Part shown: positions 15,371 to 25,151 of the stretch, piece after piece
Layout: every line of letters starts with the position of its first letter
Position numbering within the stretch: position 1 is the first letter of the stretch
From: Escherichia phage vB_EcoD-Elw
Sequence record: OR621298
Direction: 5' to 3' (one strand)
Length of the DNA stretch: 64,000 bases
The notes under the pieces: model-generated
What the model was told of the DNA's origin: nothing
Databases searched by the model: none
Seen by the model: only the letters and a program-made list of their open reading frames with translations
Position numbers and translations under genes: made by a program

Positions 15371-15639
15371 TATTTGCTCCAGTCAATTTCAAGCCAAAAA
15401 CCTTCACGCTGCTCATACTTAGCTTCTACGACATAGCCTAGTTTAGTGAGTCGTTGCATAACGCTGTTTCTGGCGTTTTCTGAATATTCAGTTAATCCCT
15501 GAATATGGCAGTTAAATTCTTTTTCTTTGATTGCTTTATCAATCTCTACGGCAATAAGTGACTCTAGATTAAGTACTTCCTGTTTAATAACAGCAATAGT
15601 ATTTTGTTTTGCTTCTAAAGCAGATAAAAGAATAGACAT
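15370..15639 (-). CDS. hypothetical protein (89 aa)
   Basis: TAATG-coupled to both neighbours. Confidence 0.55.
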   Translation of the reverse strand: MSILLSALEAKQNTIAVIKQEVLNLESLIAVEIDKAIKEKEFNCHIQGLTEYSENARNSVMQRLTKLGYVVEAKYEQREGFWLEIDWSK

Positions 15640-15893
15640 TAGTTTTCGCCTTCTATAATTACCCTAGTCGCTGGAGGAATTGGCGGCATAGGAGGAATAC
15701 ATGGTTGACCTCTCTGTGCATCATTTAGTACTCTTGGCGGTTCAGGTCTAATTGCCTTTAATTCCTTTTCTAGGAATTGTTCTAACGCCCGTTCTACAAA
15801 ATGATCGAAAGGTAAGTGATAATACTGAGACAGAGCTAAGAACCTACGTTCTTGACTTTGTGTTAAATAAACTTTCTTTTTAAATAGTCCCAT
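15639..15893 (-). CDS. hypothetical protein (about 84 aa)
   Basis: Start placed at ATG 15893 (GGAGA RBS) because the longer ORF overlaps its own promoter. Confidence 0.5.
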   Translation of the reverse strand: MGLFKKKVYLTQSQERRFLALSQYYHLPFDHFVERALEQFLEKELKAIRPEPPRVLNDAQRGQPCIPPMPPIPPATRVIIEGEN

Positions 15894-15917
15894 AGTTGTC
15901 TCCGATTTATAAAATAT

Positions 15918-15946
15918 ATTATATCTAAATTTCACTCAGTAAGCAA
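15918..15946 (-). promoter_or_regulatory. sigma70-type early promoter (TTGCTT-17-TATAAT)
   Basis: Minus-strand consensus motif. Confidence 0.6.
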
Positions 15947-15985
15947 ATGAAATTTAAATATAATAGCCCCGAAGGGCTATTTGAG

Positions 15986-16825
15986 TTAAGAAGACATCTT
16001 AGCTTTAAGAGCTGGGTGAGGATCGTACCCCTCTAAATGGAATGACCAAGCTGCAGTATTATTCTCCAGTAAATCGTAGAGATCTACAAATTCTGGCATT
16101 ACTAGAGTTGGTAAAGAACGAGGTTTACGTTTTACCTGTTCTTCTACCTGTTCCATATGGTCATTATAGATATGAGTATCACCGCCACTAAAGATAAGGT
16201 AGCGAGGTTTTAATCCAGTCAGTTTTGCCAGGATATGTGTTAATAAAGCATAACTAGCAATATTGAAAGGTAAACCGAGGAAACAATCCACAGAGCGTTG
16301 TGTCCATTTAAGATCTAGGTATCCATCGTTACTTACATAGCACTGGAAGCCGTAGTGACAAGGTGGTAATGCCATTTTATCAAGTTCAGCTACGTTCCAC
16401 GCAGAAACTAGATGTCTGCGGCCATGAGGATTATTCTTGAGTCCTTCAATAAGTTCTAGAATCTGATCTCGCCCACCAAAGTTACGCCACTGTTTACCAT
16501 ATACCGGTCCTAGATTACCCTTATCATACCCCATACTTATAGCTTGGTCTTCATAATTTGGAGTCCAGATGGTCCACTGTCCTTCGTCACGACCAAATGT
16601 GAATACACGTAGATCATGGAGATTTGTGGAACCAGACAAGAACCATAAGAGTTCTCCTACTACGGATTTCCAAGCTAGACGTTTAGTGGTTACAGCTGGG
16701 AATCCCTCACGTAGATCGAATTTAGCGTAAGAATCAAAAATTGAAACTGTGCCTGTTCCTGTACGGTCATTACGGGGTTCACCTAGTAAAATTACATCTG
16801 TCAAAATTTTTAAGTATTGTTGCAT
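15986..16825 (-). CDS. thyA: thymidylate synthase
   Basis: 279 aa; catalytic Cys region ALPPCHYGFQCYV and other conserved ThyA blocks; TAATG-coupled to DHFR. Confidence 0.9.
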   Translation of the reverse strand: MQQYLKILTDVILLGEPRNDRTGTGTVSIFDSYAKFDLREGFPAVTTKRLAWKSVVGELLWFLSGSTNLHDLRVFTFGRDEGQWTIWTPNYEDQAISMGYDKGNLGPVYGKQWRNFGGRDQILELIEGLKNNPHGRRHLVSAWNVAELDKMALPPCHYGFQCYVSNDGYLDLKWTQRSVDCFLGLPFNIASYALLTHILAKLTGLKPRYLIFSGGDTHIYNDHMEQVEEQVKRKPRSLPTLVMPEFVDLYDLLENNTAAWSFHLEGYDPHPALKAKMSS

Positions 16826-17358
16826 TAATAAGTAACCAATTCCTGTACAAATCGCAGGCTGTTATCACTGTTTGCGCCAACTGCATAGACTAATCGAGTG
16901 GATTCATAGTTATAATCCAGTATCATACTATCTAGGTGTGTATCTGCCTCTAGCTTCTGTTCGCTAAAGATTGTAGATACAAAAGCGCTTTCAATATGCC
17001 CATGTTGGTACATTTCTAGAAGAAGATTAGCCCCACCTAGAACTACTGTTTGTTGATCTTTTAGAAAAGTAGGTAATGTATCACCTATCATTGATATGGG
17101 AGTGTAAATATCATGTGTAATATCGTCTGGCAGTGGACGATCAGCACGAATAAATAGGTCAGAAGCTCCAATCATACGTTCTCTAACGGCGTATGGAAGA
17201 GCTAAATAAGTACCCGCACCAATGATAATATTATCTGGATTCAACACGTCCAGTTGAGAATAGAAAGCATCTAGTTCTTCTTTGAAGGAACCCCATGGAA
17301 GTTTACCGCGGAGGCCGAACTCCCCATTCGGCCCAACTGCATACATTGCTGTAATCAT
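16825..17358 (-). CDS. dihydrofolate reductase
   Basis: 177 aa; N-terminal MITAMYAVGPNGEFG and GxGTY motif typical of DHFR; ATGA-coupled to nrdB. Confidence 0.8.
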   Translation of the reverse strand: MITAMYAVGPNGEFGLRGKLPWGSFKEELDAFYSQLDVLNPDNIIIGAGTYLALPYAVRERMIGASDLFIRADRPLPDDITHDIYTPISMIGDTLPTFLKDQQTVVLGGANLLLEMYQHGHIESAFVSTIFSEQKLEADTHLDSMILDYNYESTRLVYAVGANSDNSLRFVQELVTY

Positions 17359-18500
17359 AAGAAATCTCCAAATTCATTACCCAGATCTTTCAGAGTATCA
17401 GTAGAGGTCTCAGTTACCTGACCTACACGGTAGGCTGCACCAATCTGGATTTCTTGCGGAGCAGGCTGTAGAGAAGTAGTATCCAACCAGTTCATGATCC
17501 ACGGAATAGGGTTTTTGGTGATTACTGGTAAGTGACTAGGCCATTCTACACCAATGTGCATAAATGCATTACGCCCCACAAAGTACAGATATTCTTCTAG
17601 AAGTTCTGCGTTCAAGCCAATCAGACTACGACCTTTGAAAATGAAATGACCCCATTCAATTTCAGTTTTCAGAGTTTTCAGGAGCTGTGCTGGTGCTTTA
17701 GCCACTGCTTCATCTACCAGATCTTTATCAAACTGCTGGAACATAATCTGGATGATTGCTTTAGACATCTGGGTGTGCAGAGCCTCATCTTTAGCGATTA
17801 ATTGCAGATTTTTAGCAATACCTTGCAGAATATCGTTCTCTGCTAATGCAAAGGTACATGCAAAGGATGCGTAAAACTGCATTGCTTCCAGACCATAGAT
17901 AGCAAAGTAAGCGTCTAATAGTTTAGCCTGAGTTTCACGTTTAACTTCAGGGAACTCCGTTTCTGGATATGTATTGTCGCCACGATGATCGCGTACTGCG
18001 ATGAAATACTGACCTAACTGGTACAGTTCATCGAATAGTTCAACAGAATCAGCGATGCGTGCGAATGCTTCTTGGTTTTTGGTTACAGAATCAATAAATT
18101 CTGCTGGGTCAGTCAGCACATTACGAATAATATTGCTATAAGCACGACTATGCAGGTCTTCAAAATAGCTCCACTGTTTGAGCATACCTTCCAATTCTGG
18201 ACGACTTACAAGTGGCATAATAGCTGCTTCAGGGGCACGACTGATAAAGGAATCAGTTTGAGTCTGCCATGCTAGGTTCAGGAGTGTAATTTCCTGAATT
18301 TCCCGTGGGAGGTTAGGCCATTGTTTCTTATCTGCTTCCAGACTGATTTCAGTTTCAGTCCAAAATTGAGAGCGTTGCAGAAGTGCCAGACGTTCTAGTT
18401 CTGGATGTGCTACACGTACATAATCTGCGATACCGAGAGAATCTCCCAGGAAAAGGTCAGCATTAGTATGCTCCCAATTCAGGTTTAGTAAAGTAGTCAT
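17355..18500 (-). CDS. nrdB: ribonucleotide reductase small subunit (class Ia)
   Basis: 381 aa; di-iron and radical-site region consistent with R2 proteins; gene order nrdA-nrdB. Confidence 0.85.
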   Translation of the reverse strand: MTTLLNLNWEHTNADLFLGDSLGIADYVRVAHPELERLALLQRSQFWTETEISLEADKKQWPNLPREIQEITLLNLAWQTQTDSFISRAPEAAIMPLVSRPELEGMLKQWSYFEDLHSRAYSNIIRNVLTDPAEFIDSVTKNQEAFARIADSVELFDELYQLGQYFIAVRDHRGDNTYPETEFPEVKRETQAKLLDAYFAIYGLEAMQFYASFACTFALAENDILQGIAKNLQLIAKDEALHTQMSKAIIQIMFQQFDKDLVDEAVAKAPAQLLKTLKTEIEWGHFIFKGRSLIGLNAELLEEYLYFVGRNAFMHIGVEWPSHLPVITKNPIPWIMNWLDTTSLQPAPQEIQIGAAYRVGQVTETSTDTLKDLGNEFGDFL

Positions 18501-18531
18501 TGATTTTCCTCTTTCTCACTATTTCAGGAAT

Positions 18532-18560
18532 ATTATAGCAAATCTGGTAGCGATTAGCAA
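18532..18560 (-). promoter_or_regulatory. sigma70-type promoter (TTGCTA-17-TATAAT) for nrdB
   Basis: Minus-strand consensus between nrdA and nrdB. Confidence 0.6.
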
Positions 18561-18570
18561 GTAAAATTTC

Positions 18571-18599
18571 AAAGAAAAAGGAGACCCGAAGATCTCCTT
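18571..18599 (-). terminator. rho-independent terminator after nrdA
   Basis: Stem AAGGAGA/TCTCCTT followed on the minus strand by TTTTCTTT. Confidence 0.6.
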
Positions 18600-18606
18600 A
18601 TTTTTA

Positions 18607-20937
18607 TTAAATAGTACAACCACCGGATGCACAACCGGCTGCTTCTTCTCCAGCACCTCCACCATTTGCGGTATTGAAGTTAGCATAATACCAAGTTTTC
18701 CACCCATACTTAACAGCAGTCATGAAATCACGAACTACTACTGGACCAGGAATGATTTCATTCTCAAACTTGGTGTAGTCATAGTACATATTCGTACTGA
18801 TAGACTGACTGAAGAATTTCTGCATAGTTGCTACCCATTTGATCCACTCGATACGATCTACATCATAAGCCAGTTTATAGCTCATTAACGTTTCCCAATC
18901 GGTTGCACCCGGAGCAATTGCAATTACTTTATTCACTGCACTACCCTTGATAGATACAATCTTACGAGGCGGTTCAATAGAGTTAGTAACACCTAACAGA
19001 ACAGAAGAACTTTCTCCCGGCATCTGAGCAGTCAGAACAGAGTTACGCATACCGTATTTCAGAATATCTGCACGCAGAGACTCCCAATCCATTTCTAGAC
19101 CTACGGATACCAGTTCATCAACAGTTTTCTTGTACGTGTCTATTACCAGAATTCCTTTAGATGGTTTAGTACGATCAAACCACTCACATGCACCCTGTTC
19201 TTTAGCTAGGCGTACAGAGGCTTTATGCAGGAAGTAAGACAGTTTTTCAGCCTCACGGTGAATCCAGTTACGGGCTTCAATACCTTCATAAGCCAGACCT
19301 TCTGCTGCCATTGCACCTGCTGCGTTCATCAGGCCAATACCAACATTACGACGTTTCTTAGCCGTATATTCCATAGTTGGGAACGGATAATCCTGAATTT
19401 CAATAATTGTATCAACGAATTTCAGAAGGATGTAGCAAGTTTTTTCCCACTCAGCCAGAGATTCCATGCGCCCCAGTACAACACCACCTAAGTTACACAG
19501 AGATACTTCACCAATGTCCTCCGGCTTCATTTGATCAAGCTGCTCTTTTGTCTTATACAGCTCTGTAATGTGATGGAATGGGCGTGTAGGCTGAGTAATC
19601 TCAACACAAAGGTTTGTCATACGGATCGGATCAAGGAAATTACCGTGACGATTAGATTCCCCGATATGATGAGCATACATACGTCCTGTTTCCATTCGGA
19701 TACGTAGCCAAGTATCTAGGATTTCTTTTGCAGAGACTTTAGGAGCTGCAGGAACTGTTTTTCCTTCGTGGTCGATCTTTGTAAGAGATGCCACACGTTT
19801 CTCCGCTGCCACGTAGATTTCTTCAAATTTAGCCTCGTCATCACTATAAAACGCTTCATGAACTTCTGGAGCATAGAAGTATGACATTAGCGTAATATCT
19901 TCATTTTTCAGATAACGTTTTAACAAAAGATTGTTGAAACTCAGAGAATAATCCATCTTATCGATTTTATTCTCATCTGTAGCACGTTGTTGCTTAACCT
20001 GCATCAATTGAATGATTTCAGGGTCGAAGTACGGATAAGACACTGTAGCAGAACCACCACGAGTTTGCTGAGTATTGGCCTTTACTGAGCGGTCAATGTG
20101 TCGATAATATGGCAGTTTTCCGGAATGCGGGAATGCCCCATTTCGCACCGGATCAGCAATTGATCGGCTTTCAAGATGATACCCGATTCCCGCTCTGGCT
20201 GCGACCATTTTGAAGACGATGTGCTCGGCGGTGTCGATTGAATCCAACGTGTCAGTGGAATCCACGAGGCAGCAACTAGCAAATCCACGGTCACTAGAGC
20301 GCAGACCAACCAGTGGCGGCGTAGGAACGTTGATTTTGTGGAGTGACATTGCGTTGTAGAGGTCGATTGCATCTAGAATTGTCCAGTTAGGTTGAGATAG
20401 CATCGCCATTGCCATACCCATGTAGGCAAACTGCGGGGTTTCATAAATTTCACCAGTGGCTATATTACGACGGGAATATTTATCAAAGAACTGTTTCAGC
20501 CCACCACTAGTAAAAAGACGGTCACGATCATGGTCGATAACCTGATTCAGAGCTTCAAATTGCTCATCGGTAATCCATGCACTCATGTCTTCCCATGCAC
20601 CTACGCTAACCATGTGGTCATGGAAGAAACGTAGAGAAGGTGGTTCGAAAGAGTCATAAAGGCGCTTACGCATTTGCGCAAGACGTAATTCCTTTGCTGG
20701 CACATCGTATGCTGGGTTATCTTTGATAAGACTTTCAGCAGCTTTAATTAATGCGTCCATCAGAGTGTCGGAATCTACAACCCCTTTAGGTAGAGTTTTT
20801 TGAGCAGCCATAGTAATGGCTGACCAACTTACATCAACTGTTTTGCAACCATACTCCGCCCAACCATTGAGTTTTTCAGGAGCAAAGTCTTCTACAGTAC
20901 CGTCACGTTTAATTACTTTTTCAATGCGATGGCTCAT
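18607..20937 (-). CDS. nrdA: ribonucleotide reductase large subunit (class Ia)
   Basis: Start placed at ATG 20937 (AAGGAAAG RBS); N-terminal ATP-cone-like region; C-terminal CxxC tail (CASGGC); the longer ORF would begin inside the promoter. Confidence 0.9.
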   Translation of the reverse strand: MSHRIEKVIKRDGTVEDFAPEKLNGWAEYGCKTVDVSWSAITMAAQKTLPKGVVDSDTLMDALIKAAESLIKDNPAYDVPAKELRLAQMRKRLYDSFEPPSLRFFHDHMVSVGAWEDMSAWITDEQFEALNQVIDHDRDRLFTSGGLKQFFDKYSRRNIATGEIYETPQFAYMGMAMAMLSQPNWTILDAIDLYNAMSLHKINVPTPPLVGLRSSDRGFASCCLVDSTDTLDSIDTAEHIVFKMVAARAGIGYHLESRSIADPVRNGAFPHSGKLPYYRHIDRSVKANTQQTRGGSATVSYPYFDPEIIQLMQVKQQRATDENKIDKMDYSLSFNNLLLKRYLKNEDITLMSYFYAPEVHEAFYSDDEAKFEEIYVAAEKRVASLTKIDHEGKTVPAAPKVSAKEILDTWLRIRMETGRMYAHHIGESNRHGNFLDPIRMTNLCVEITQPTRPFHHITELYKTKEQLDQMKPEDIGEVSLCNLGGVVLGRMESLAEWEKTCYILLKFVDTIIEIQDYPFPTMEYTAKKRRNVGIGLMNAAGAMAAEGLAYEGIEARNWIHREAEKLSYFLHKASVRLAKEQGACEWFDRTKPSKGILVIDTYKKTVDELVSVGLEMDWESLRADILKYGMRNSVLTAQMPGESSSVLLGVTNSIEPPRKIVSIKGSAVNKVIAIAPGATDWETLMSYKLAYDVDRIEWIKWVATMQKFFSQSISTNMYYDYTKFENEIIPGPVVVRDFMTAVKYGWKTWYYANFNTANGGGAGEEAAGCASGGCTI

Positions 20938-20975
20938 TTGGCTTTCCTTTTTATATTTATCAGGATTTAAGGAAT

Positions 20976-21004
20976 ATTCTACTTTATTATTGGTCATTAG
21001 GCAA
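20976..21004 (-). promoter_or_regulatory. sigma70-type promoter (TTGCCT-17-TAGAAT) for nrdA
   Basis: Minus-strand motif just upstream of the nrdA RBS. Confidence 0.5.
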
Positions 21005-21017
21005 ATAAAATTTTCTG

Positions 21018-21052
21018 ATAGAAAAGGCCCGGGTATTTTCATACCCAGGCCC
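21018..21052 (-). terminator. rho-independent terminator
   Basis: 11-bp stem GGCCTGGGTAT/ATACCCGGGCC with GAAA loop, followed on the minus strand by CTTTTCT. Confidence 0.65.
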
Positions 21053-21079
21053 TGTATATTACCAGTCTAGCTTTTTAGC

Positions 21080-21301
21080 TTATTCAATTACTTTAGCTCT
21101 AGCCACTTCTTTTAATAGAATATCTATGGAGGTGCTCAGCTCGTTATAATTGAATGGTTTATTTGGATTTGAGGTTACAATTTTCCACGCTAGGGTTGTC
21201 TTAGGACTTTCTTCCCCTTCCTTACGTGTAATCATATTGGCAGCACTCAGTGAAGTACGATGTATTTTAGTTTTACGGCTCAGATGAACGACGTTTCCCA
21301 T
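21080..21301 (-). CDS. hypothetical protein (about 73 aa)
   Basis: Start placed at ATG 21301, 3 nt after the phoH stop. Confidence 0.45.
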   Translation of the reverse strand: MGNVVHLSRKTKIHRTSLSAANMITRKEGEESPKTTLAWKIVTSNPNKPFNYNELSTSIDILLKEVARAKVIE

Positions 21302-21302
21302 A

Positions 21303-22055
21303 TTACACCTTCCCCATGTCTTTAAAGATGTCATAGAATGCTTTAGACTCAACAGAACGAACGTTATCAATCAATTCAATCATTGAGAATGGGGCATTTT
21401 CGTATTTCTCATAGACTTCCATAAGGAGTGCTAGACCTGAGTCACCTTTAATGTCTTTCTGAGCTATATCTCCGCAGATAATTAAACGGCAGTCTTGCCC
21501 TACACGAGTTAGAAGACAAATCATTGCCTCAACGGAAATATTCTGAGCTTCATCGACAATTACATAGGAGTTGTTGAAAGTTCTGCCACGAGCATGTTCG
21601 ACAGCCAAAAATTTAATTTTCTGACGTTCGACATATCCCTTATAGGCGTGATCGCCGATGGCCCATTTCATACCATCAGCTATTGGCTCTAACCAAGGCT
21701 CTAGCTTTTCCGCTAGATCACCAGGAAGCATACCAAGAGACTTACCTAGAGGTTCATTAGGACGTACGAGAATCACTTGCTCAATATCTGAGTGAATGTC
21801 TACGAGTTCCTGAGCTGCAAGAACGGACGGAATAAAGGTTTTACCAGTACCTGGCTCACCGATACCCACAGTTACTGTGTTGTTCTTGATCATATTGATA
21901 TATGATTTTTGCTCGCGGTTTTTACCTACTAGGGATTTAGCAACTGGGTTAGCGTAATCATTAGAAAAATCAGCCTGAATTACGTTATTCTCATATTTGT
22001 TGCCACGCTTTCTTGAACCATTGCGGTTCTCTCTTTTTTGACGTGCTTTTCCCAT
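21303..22055 (-). CDS. phoH: PhoH-like ATPase
   Basis: Start at ATG 22055 (AGGAG RBS); Walker A GEPGTGKT and Walker B region ILVRPNEP...VIVDEAQN typical of PhoH. Confidence 0.85.
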   Translation of the reverse strand: MGKARQKRENRNGSRKRGNKYENNVIQADFSNDYANPVAKSLVGKNREQKSYINMIKNNTVTVGIGEPGTGKTFIPSVLAAQELVDIHSDIEQVILVRPNEPLGKSLGMLPGDLAEKLEPWLEPIADGMKWAIGDHAYKGYVERQKIKFLAVEHARGRTFNNSYVIVDEAQNISVEAMICLLTRVGQDCRLIICGDIAQKDIKGDSGLALLMEVYEKYENAPFSMIELIDNVRSVESKAFYDIFKDMGKV

Positions 22056-22349
22056 AAATAACACTCCTATAGTGTACTTCGCTAACAGAGGATCAACAAA
22101 AAGATCTTGTTTATCAACTTACAAATATATTATACCAATATATACAGTAAAAAGCAACTACAATTTTAAATAAGCCTATGATATTGCATTTAAATAAAAA
22201 ATTTGCTTGCTTTTAACGTGAGATGTGTGATACTAGATAATCATTTTATATCGCGTGCACGAGTGCGTGATTATACAATTTTTAATAGAAATTGGCAAAT
22301 AAAATTTTTTGACTCAGATCATGTTGCAGAACTTTATAGTAAAATATTG

Positions 22350-22378
22350 TTGACATCCGCCCTCGAATGAGTTATAAT
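22350..22378 (+). promoter_or_regulatory. consensus sigma70 promoter (TTGACA-17-TATAAT) for nrdD
   Basis: Perfect -35 and -10 hexamers with 17-nt spacer in the divergent intergenic region. Confidence 0.7.
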
Positions 22379-22407
22379 AGTAGTCTTAGTTAGAGAAGGA
22401 GAGTGTA

Positions 22408-24282
22408 ATGAATCGTAATGAAGAACTAAAATATAAAGAAATGCAGGCGTTAATTAGAAACTGCAAAGAGATTATCGAAGGGTCAGCGGATGAAGAGCTG
22501 CTGTTTAATAATGCCAATAAACCCTCAGAACGTTTCCCTACACAGAGGGATATGCTTGCAGGTGAATTGAGTAAGTATCTGATTCTAGAAGAAATGCCAA
22601 TTCAGATTCGAAATGCTCATATGATTGGGGATATTCATTTCCATGATGCTGATTATGCTGCATTAGGCATGACTAATTGTTGTCTGGTAGCTCTGGAAGA
22701 TATGTTGAAGAATGGTATGAAGGTTGGTAATGCTGAAATTAGCACTCCAAACTCTATCACTACTGCAGCGGCTATTACTGCTCAGATTATCACTCAAGTT
22801 AGCTCCCATCAGTATGGGGGCACTTCCGTGGATCGCCTTGATGAAGTATTAGCTCCTTATGTTCGTAAATCCTATGACAAAAATCATGCGTTTGCAAAAC
22901 GTTGGACTAAGGATGAAGCCAAAGCATCAGTAATGGCTACGGAGATGACTGAAAAAGAAGTCTATGACGCTTGTCAGGGTTTAGAATATGAAATCAATAC
23001 CATGTTCAACTCTAATGGTCAGAGTCCATTTATTACCTTTGGTTTTGGTCTAGGAACTTCTTGGGAAGCACGTCTAGTACAGAAAGCAATATTGAAAGTA
23101 CGCATGGATGGTTTAGGTATCAATAAACGTACAGCTATCTTCCCGAAACTGGTATTTGTACTTCGTGATGGCGTAAATATGAAACCAGGGGATGTTAGTT
23201 ATGACATCAAGAAGTTAGCTATGAAATGTACTGCTGAACGTATGTATCCAGATTATATCAGCTATGACAAGGTTGTAGAAGTTACTGGAGACTATAAAGT
23301 TTCTATGGGCTGCCGTTCATTCCTAGCTGCTACAGAAGATGGTGAAACTGCTGGTCGTAATAACTTAGGTGTTGTTTCTGTAAACTTGCCTAGAATTGCT
23401 ATCGAAGCTGAAGGAAATATTGATCTATTCTTTGATTTGCTTGAGCTACGTGTGGATACAGCGTTAAAAGCATTGGAGTGGAGAGTTGATCGCTTAAAAT
23501 ACATCCAAGCTAAAGCTGCACCCATCCTCTATATGTCAGGAGCCTTTGGGTTACGCTTGGAGCCTGATGAATATGTATTCGATCATTTCTATAACCGTGC
23601 TTCTGTATCTCTAGGATATATTGGTTGCCATGAAATGCTACAGTTCATGTTTGGCAAAGATGTAGATACAATGTCCGAGACCTGCATCAAGTTTGTTCAG
23701 CGTGTGCTGCAGTACATGCGAGATAGAGTCGATCAGAAGAAGGAGGAGACTAAGTTAGGTTATAGCCTGTATGCTACACCGTCGGAATCCCTATGCGATC
23801 GTTTTTGTCGTCTAGACCGTGAATATTTCCCGGAGCATGAAGATATTCTGTCCAAAGGATACTACACTAACTCTCACCACCTTGATGTGGAACGTAAAGT
23901 TGCTCCCAACGTGAAATTTGATTATGAATCTAACTTTACTCCGATTGCTTCTGGTGGGTGTATTTCCTATGTAGAACTACCGGATATGAAACGATTCCCA
24001 GATGCACTAGAATGGGTTATTAATTATGCTGCTAGTAAAGTTCATTACTTCGGTATTAATACTCCGGTGGATTCTTGTGGTAAATGTGGATTCTTAGGTG
24101 AAACAGTAGCATCCGAAGATGGGTTTAAGTGCCCTATCTGTGGTAATCATGACCCCGAAACTCTTGAAGTAACTCGTCGAGTTTGTGGGTATCTTGGAAA
24201 TCCAGGTGCTCGTCCATTTAACCCAGGCAAACAGCATGAGGTTATGGGCAGAGTGAAACATCAGGATATTCGAGCTAAATAA
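22408..24282 (+). CDS. nrdD: anaerobic ribonucleoside-triphosphate reductase (class III)
   Basis: 624 aa; C-terminal glycyl-radical motif RVCGYLG and Zn-ribbon CGKCG...CPICG; GAAGGAGAG RBS. Confidence 0.9.
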   Translation: MNRNEELKYKEMQALIRNCKEIIEGSADEELLFNNANKPSERFPTQRDMLAGELSKYLILEEMPIQIRNAHMIGDIHFHDADYAALGMTNCCLVALEDMLKNGMKVGNAEISTPNSITTAAAITAQIITQVSSHQYGGTSVDRLDEVLAPYVRKSYDKNHAFAKRWTKDEAKASVMATEMTEKEVYDACQGLEYEINTMFNSNGQSPFITFGFGLGTSWEARLVQKAILKVRMDGLGINKRTAIFPKLVFVLRDGVNMKPGDVSYDIKKLAMKCTAERMYPDYISYDKVVEVTGDYKVSMGCRSFLAATEDGETAGRNNLGVVSVNLPRIAIEAEGNIDLFFDLLELRVDTALKALEWRVDRLKYIQAKAAPILYMSGAFGLRLEPDEYVFDHFYNRASVSLGYIGCHEMLQFMFGKDVDTMSETCIKFVQRVLQYMRDRVDQKKEETKLGYSLYATPSESLCDRFCRLDREYFPEHEDILSKGYYTNSHHLDVERKVAPNVKFDYESNFTPIASGGCISYVELPDMKRFPDALEWVINYAASKVHYFGINTPVDSCGKCGFLGETVASEDGFKCPICGNHDPETLEVTRRVCGYLGNPGARPFNPGKQHEVMGRVKHQDIRAK

Positions 24283-24289
24283 GCTAATC

Positions 24290-24322
24290 AGCCGGGTTGC
24301 TAGTCGACCTGGCTTTTATTTT
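24290..24322 (+). terminator. rho-independent terminator after nrdD
   Basis: Stem AGCCGGG/CCTGGCT followed by TTTTATTTT. Confidence 0.6.
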
Positions 24323-24324
24323 AT

Positions 24325-24353
24325 TTGCTTTCAGCCAAAAATTTATATATAAT
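24325..24353 (+). promoter_or_regulatory. sigma70-type promoter (TTGCTT-17-TATAAT)
   Basis: Consensus motif followed by a GAGAGGAG RBS. Confidence 0.65.
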
Positions 24354-24381
24354 AGATTTATAAATTTGAGAGGAGAAAGAT

Positions 24382-24762
24382 ATGGAATTAAAGCACTATA
24401 TAGTTGAATCTACATGTGGTAGTTTCCATCTGGGTGTAGATGATGTTGCTGAGGCTGTCTTTGCTGCCACAGGTGATTACTCGCATATAGAGGGTGTTGG
24501 ATACCCTACCATTATTGGCGATTGGGTGGGAACAAATCTAGATGTATCACCTTATAACCCATATTGCTTGTTTGATGAAGACAGAGATGAAGTAAAATGT
24601 AATCTTGAATTTGTGTATAATAGAGTGTTAAAAGTATACCAACGTAGCCCCAATGGGTACGAAGATATTACTTGGAGTATTAAACAGTATCTTAAAGATG
24701 TGTACTCTAGTTTTTCTGACGAAGACCTAGAAACAGTTGCAGTGGAGTTTAATAATGACTAA
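24382..24762 (+). CDS. hypothetical protein (126 aa)
   Basis: ATG 24382 with strong RBS. Confidence 0.6.
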   Translation: MELKHYIVESTCGSFHLGVDDVAEAVFAATGDYSHIEGVGYPTIIGDWVGTNLDVSPYNPYCLFDEDRDEVKCNLEFVYNRVLKVYQRSPNGYEDITWSIKQYLKDVYSSFSDEDLETVAVEFNND

Positions 24763-24961
24763 GAATGTGAAACACCTTAAATATCGCTTAATTTACAACG
24801 GACGTATGGAAACAGAAGATCTGGCCCAGTTAGCTATTAATTCTAATGAGGTTACGGTGCGTGCGCTGGCAATTGAAAAGTTGCGTGCTTCTTATGAAAA
24901 TCGTGTTATGGAACTAGAGGAGAAACTTTATGGCATTCTCGAAGCCGATGCTACCAGATAA
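24755..24961 (+). CDS. hypothetical protein (about 68 aa)
   Basis: Start placed at ATG 24755 (GGAG RBS); track start 24737 is TTG. Confidence 0.45.
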   Translation: MTKNVKHLKYRLIYNGRMETEDLAQLAINSNEVTVRALAIEKLRASYENRVMELEEKLYGILEADATR

Positions 24962-25151
24962 GGGTTTAAACTCCGCTTTGGAAAACGCATTAATGCAGCA
25001 CTGGGAAACTGGCTATAAGGATGGTGTTGAATCCTGCGCTACTATGCTAGAAGTTATTGCTAATACCTTAATGGAGAAAGGCAATAAAGAATTAGCTGAG
25101 CTATTAGACAGTATTGGGCAAAACTTCAGAGAACAGGTGAAAAATGCGTAG
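24930..25151 (+). CDS. hypothetical protein (73 aa)
   Basis: ATG 24930 with GAGGAGAAA RBS. Confidence 0.5.
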   Translation: MAFSKPMLPDKGLNSALENALMQHWETGYKDGVESCATMLEVIANTLMEKGNKELAELLDSIGQNFREQVKNA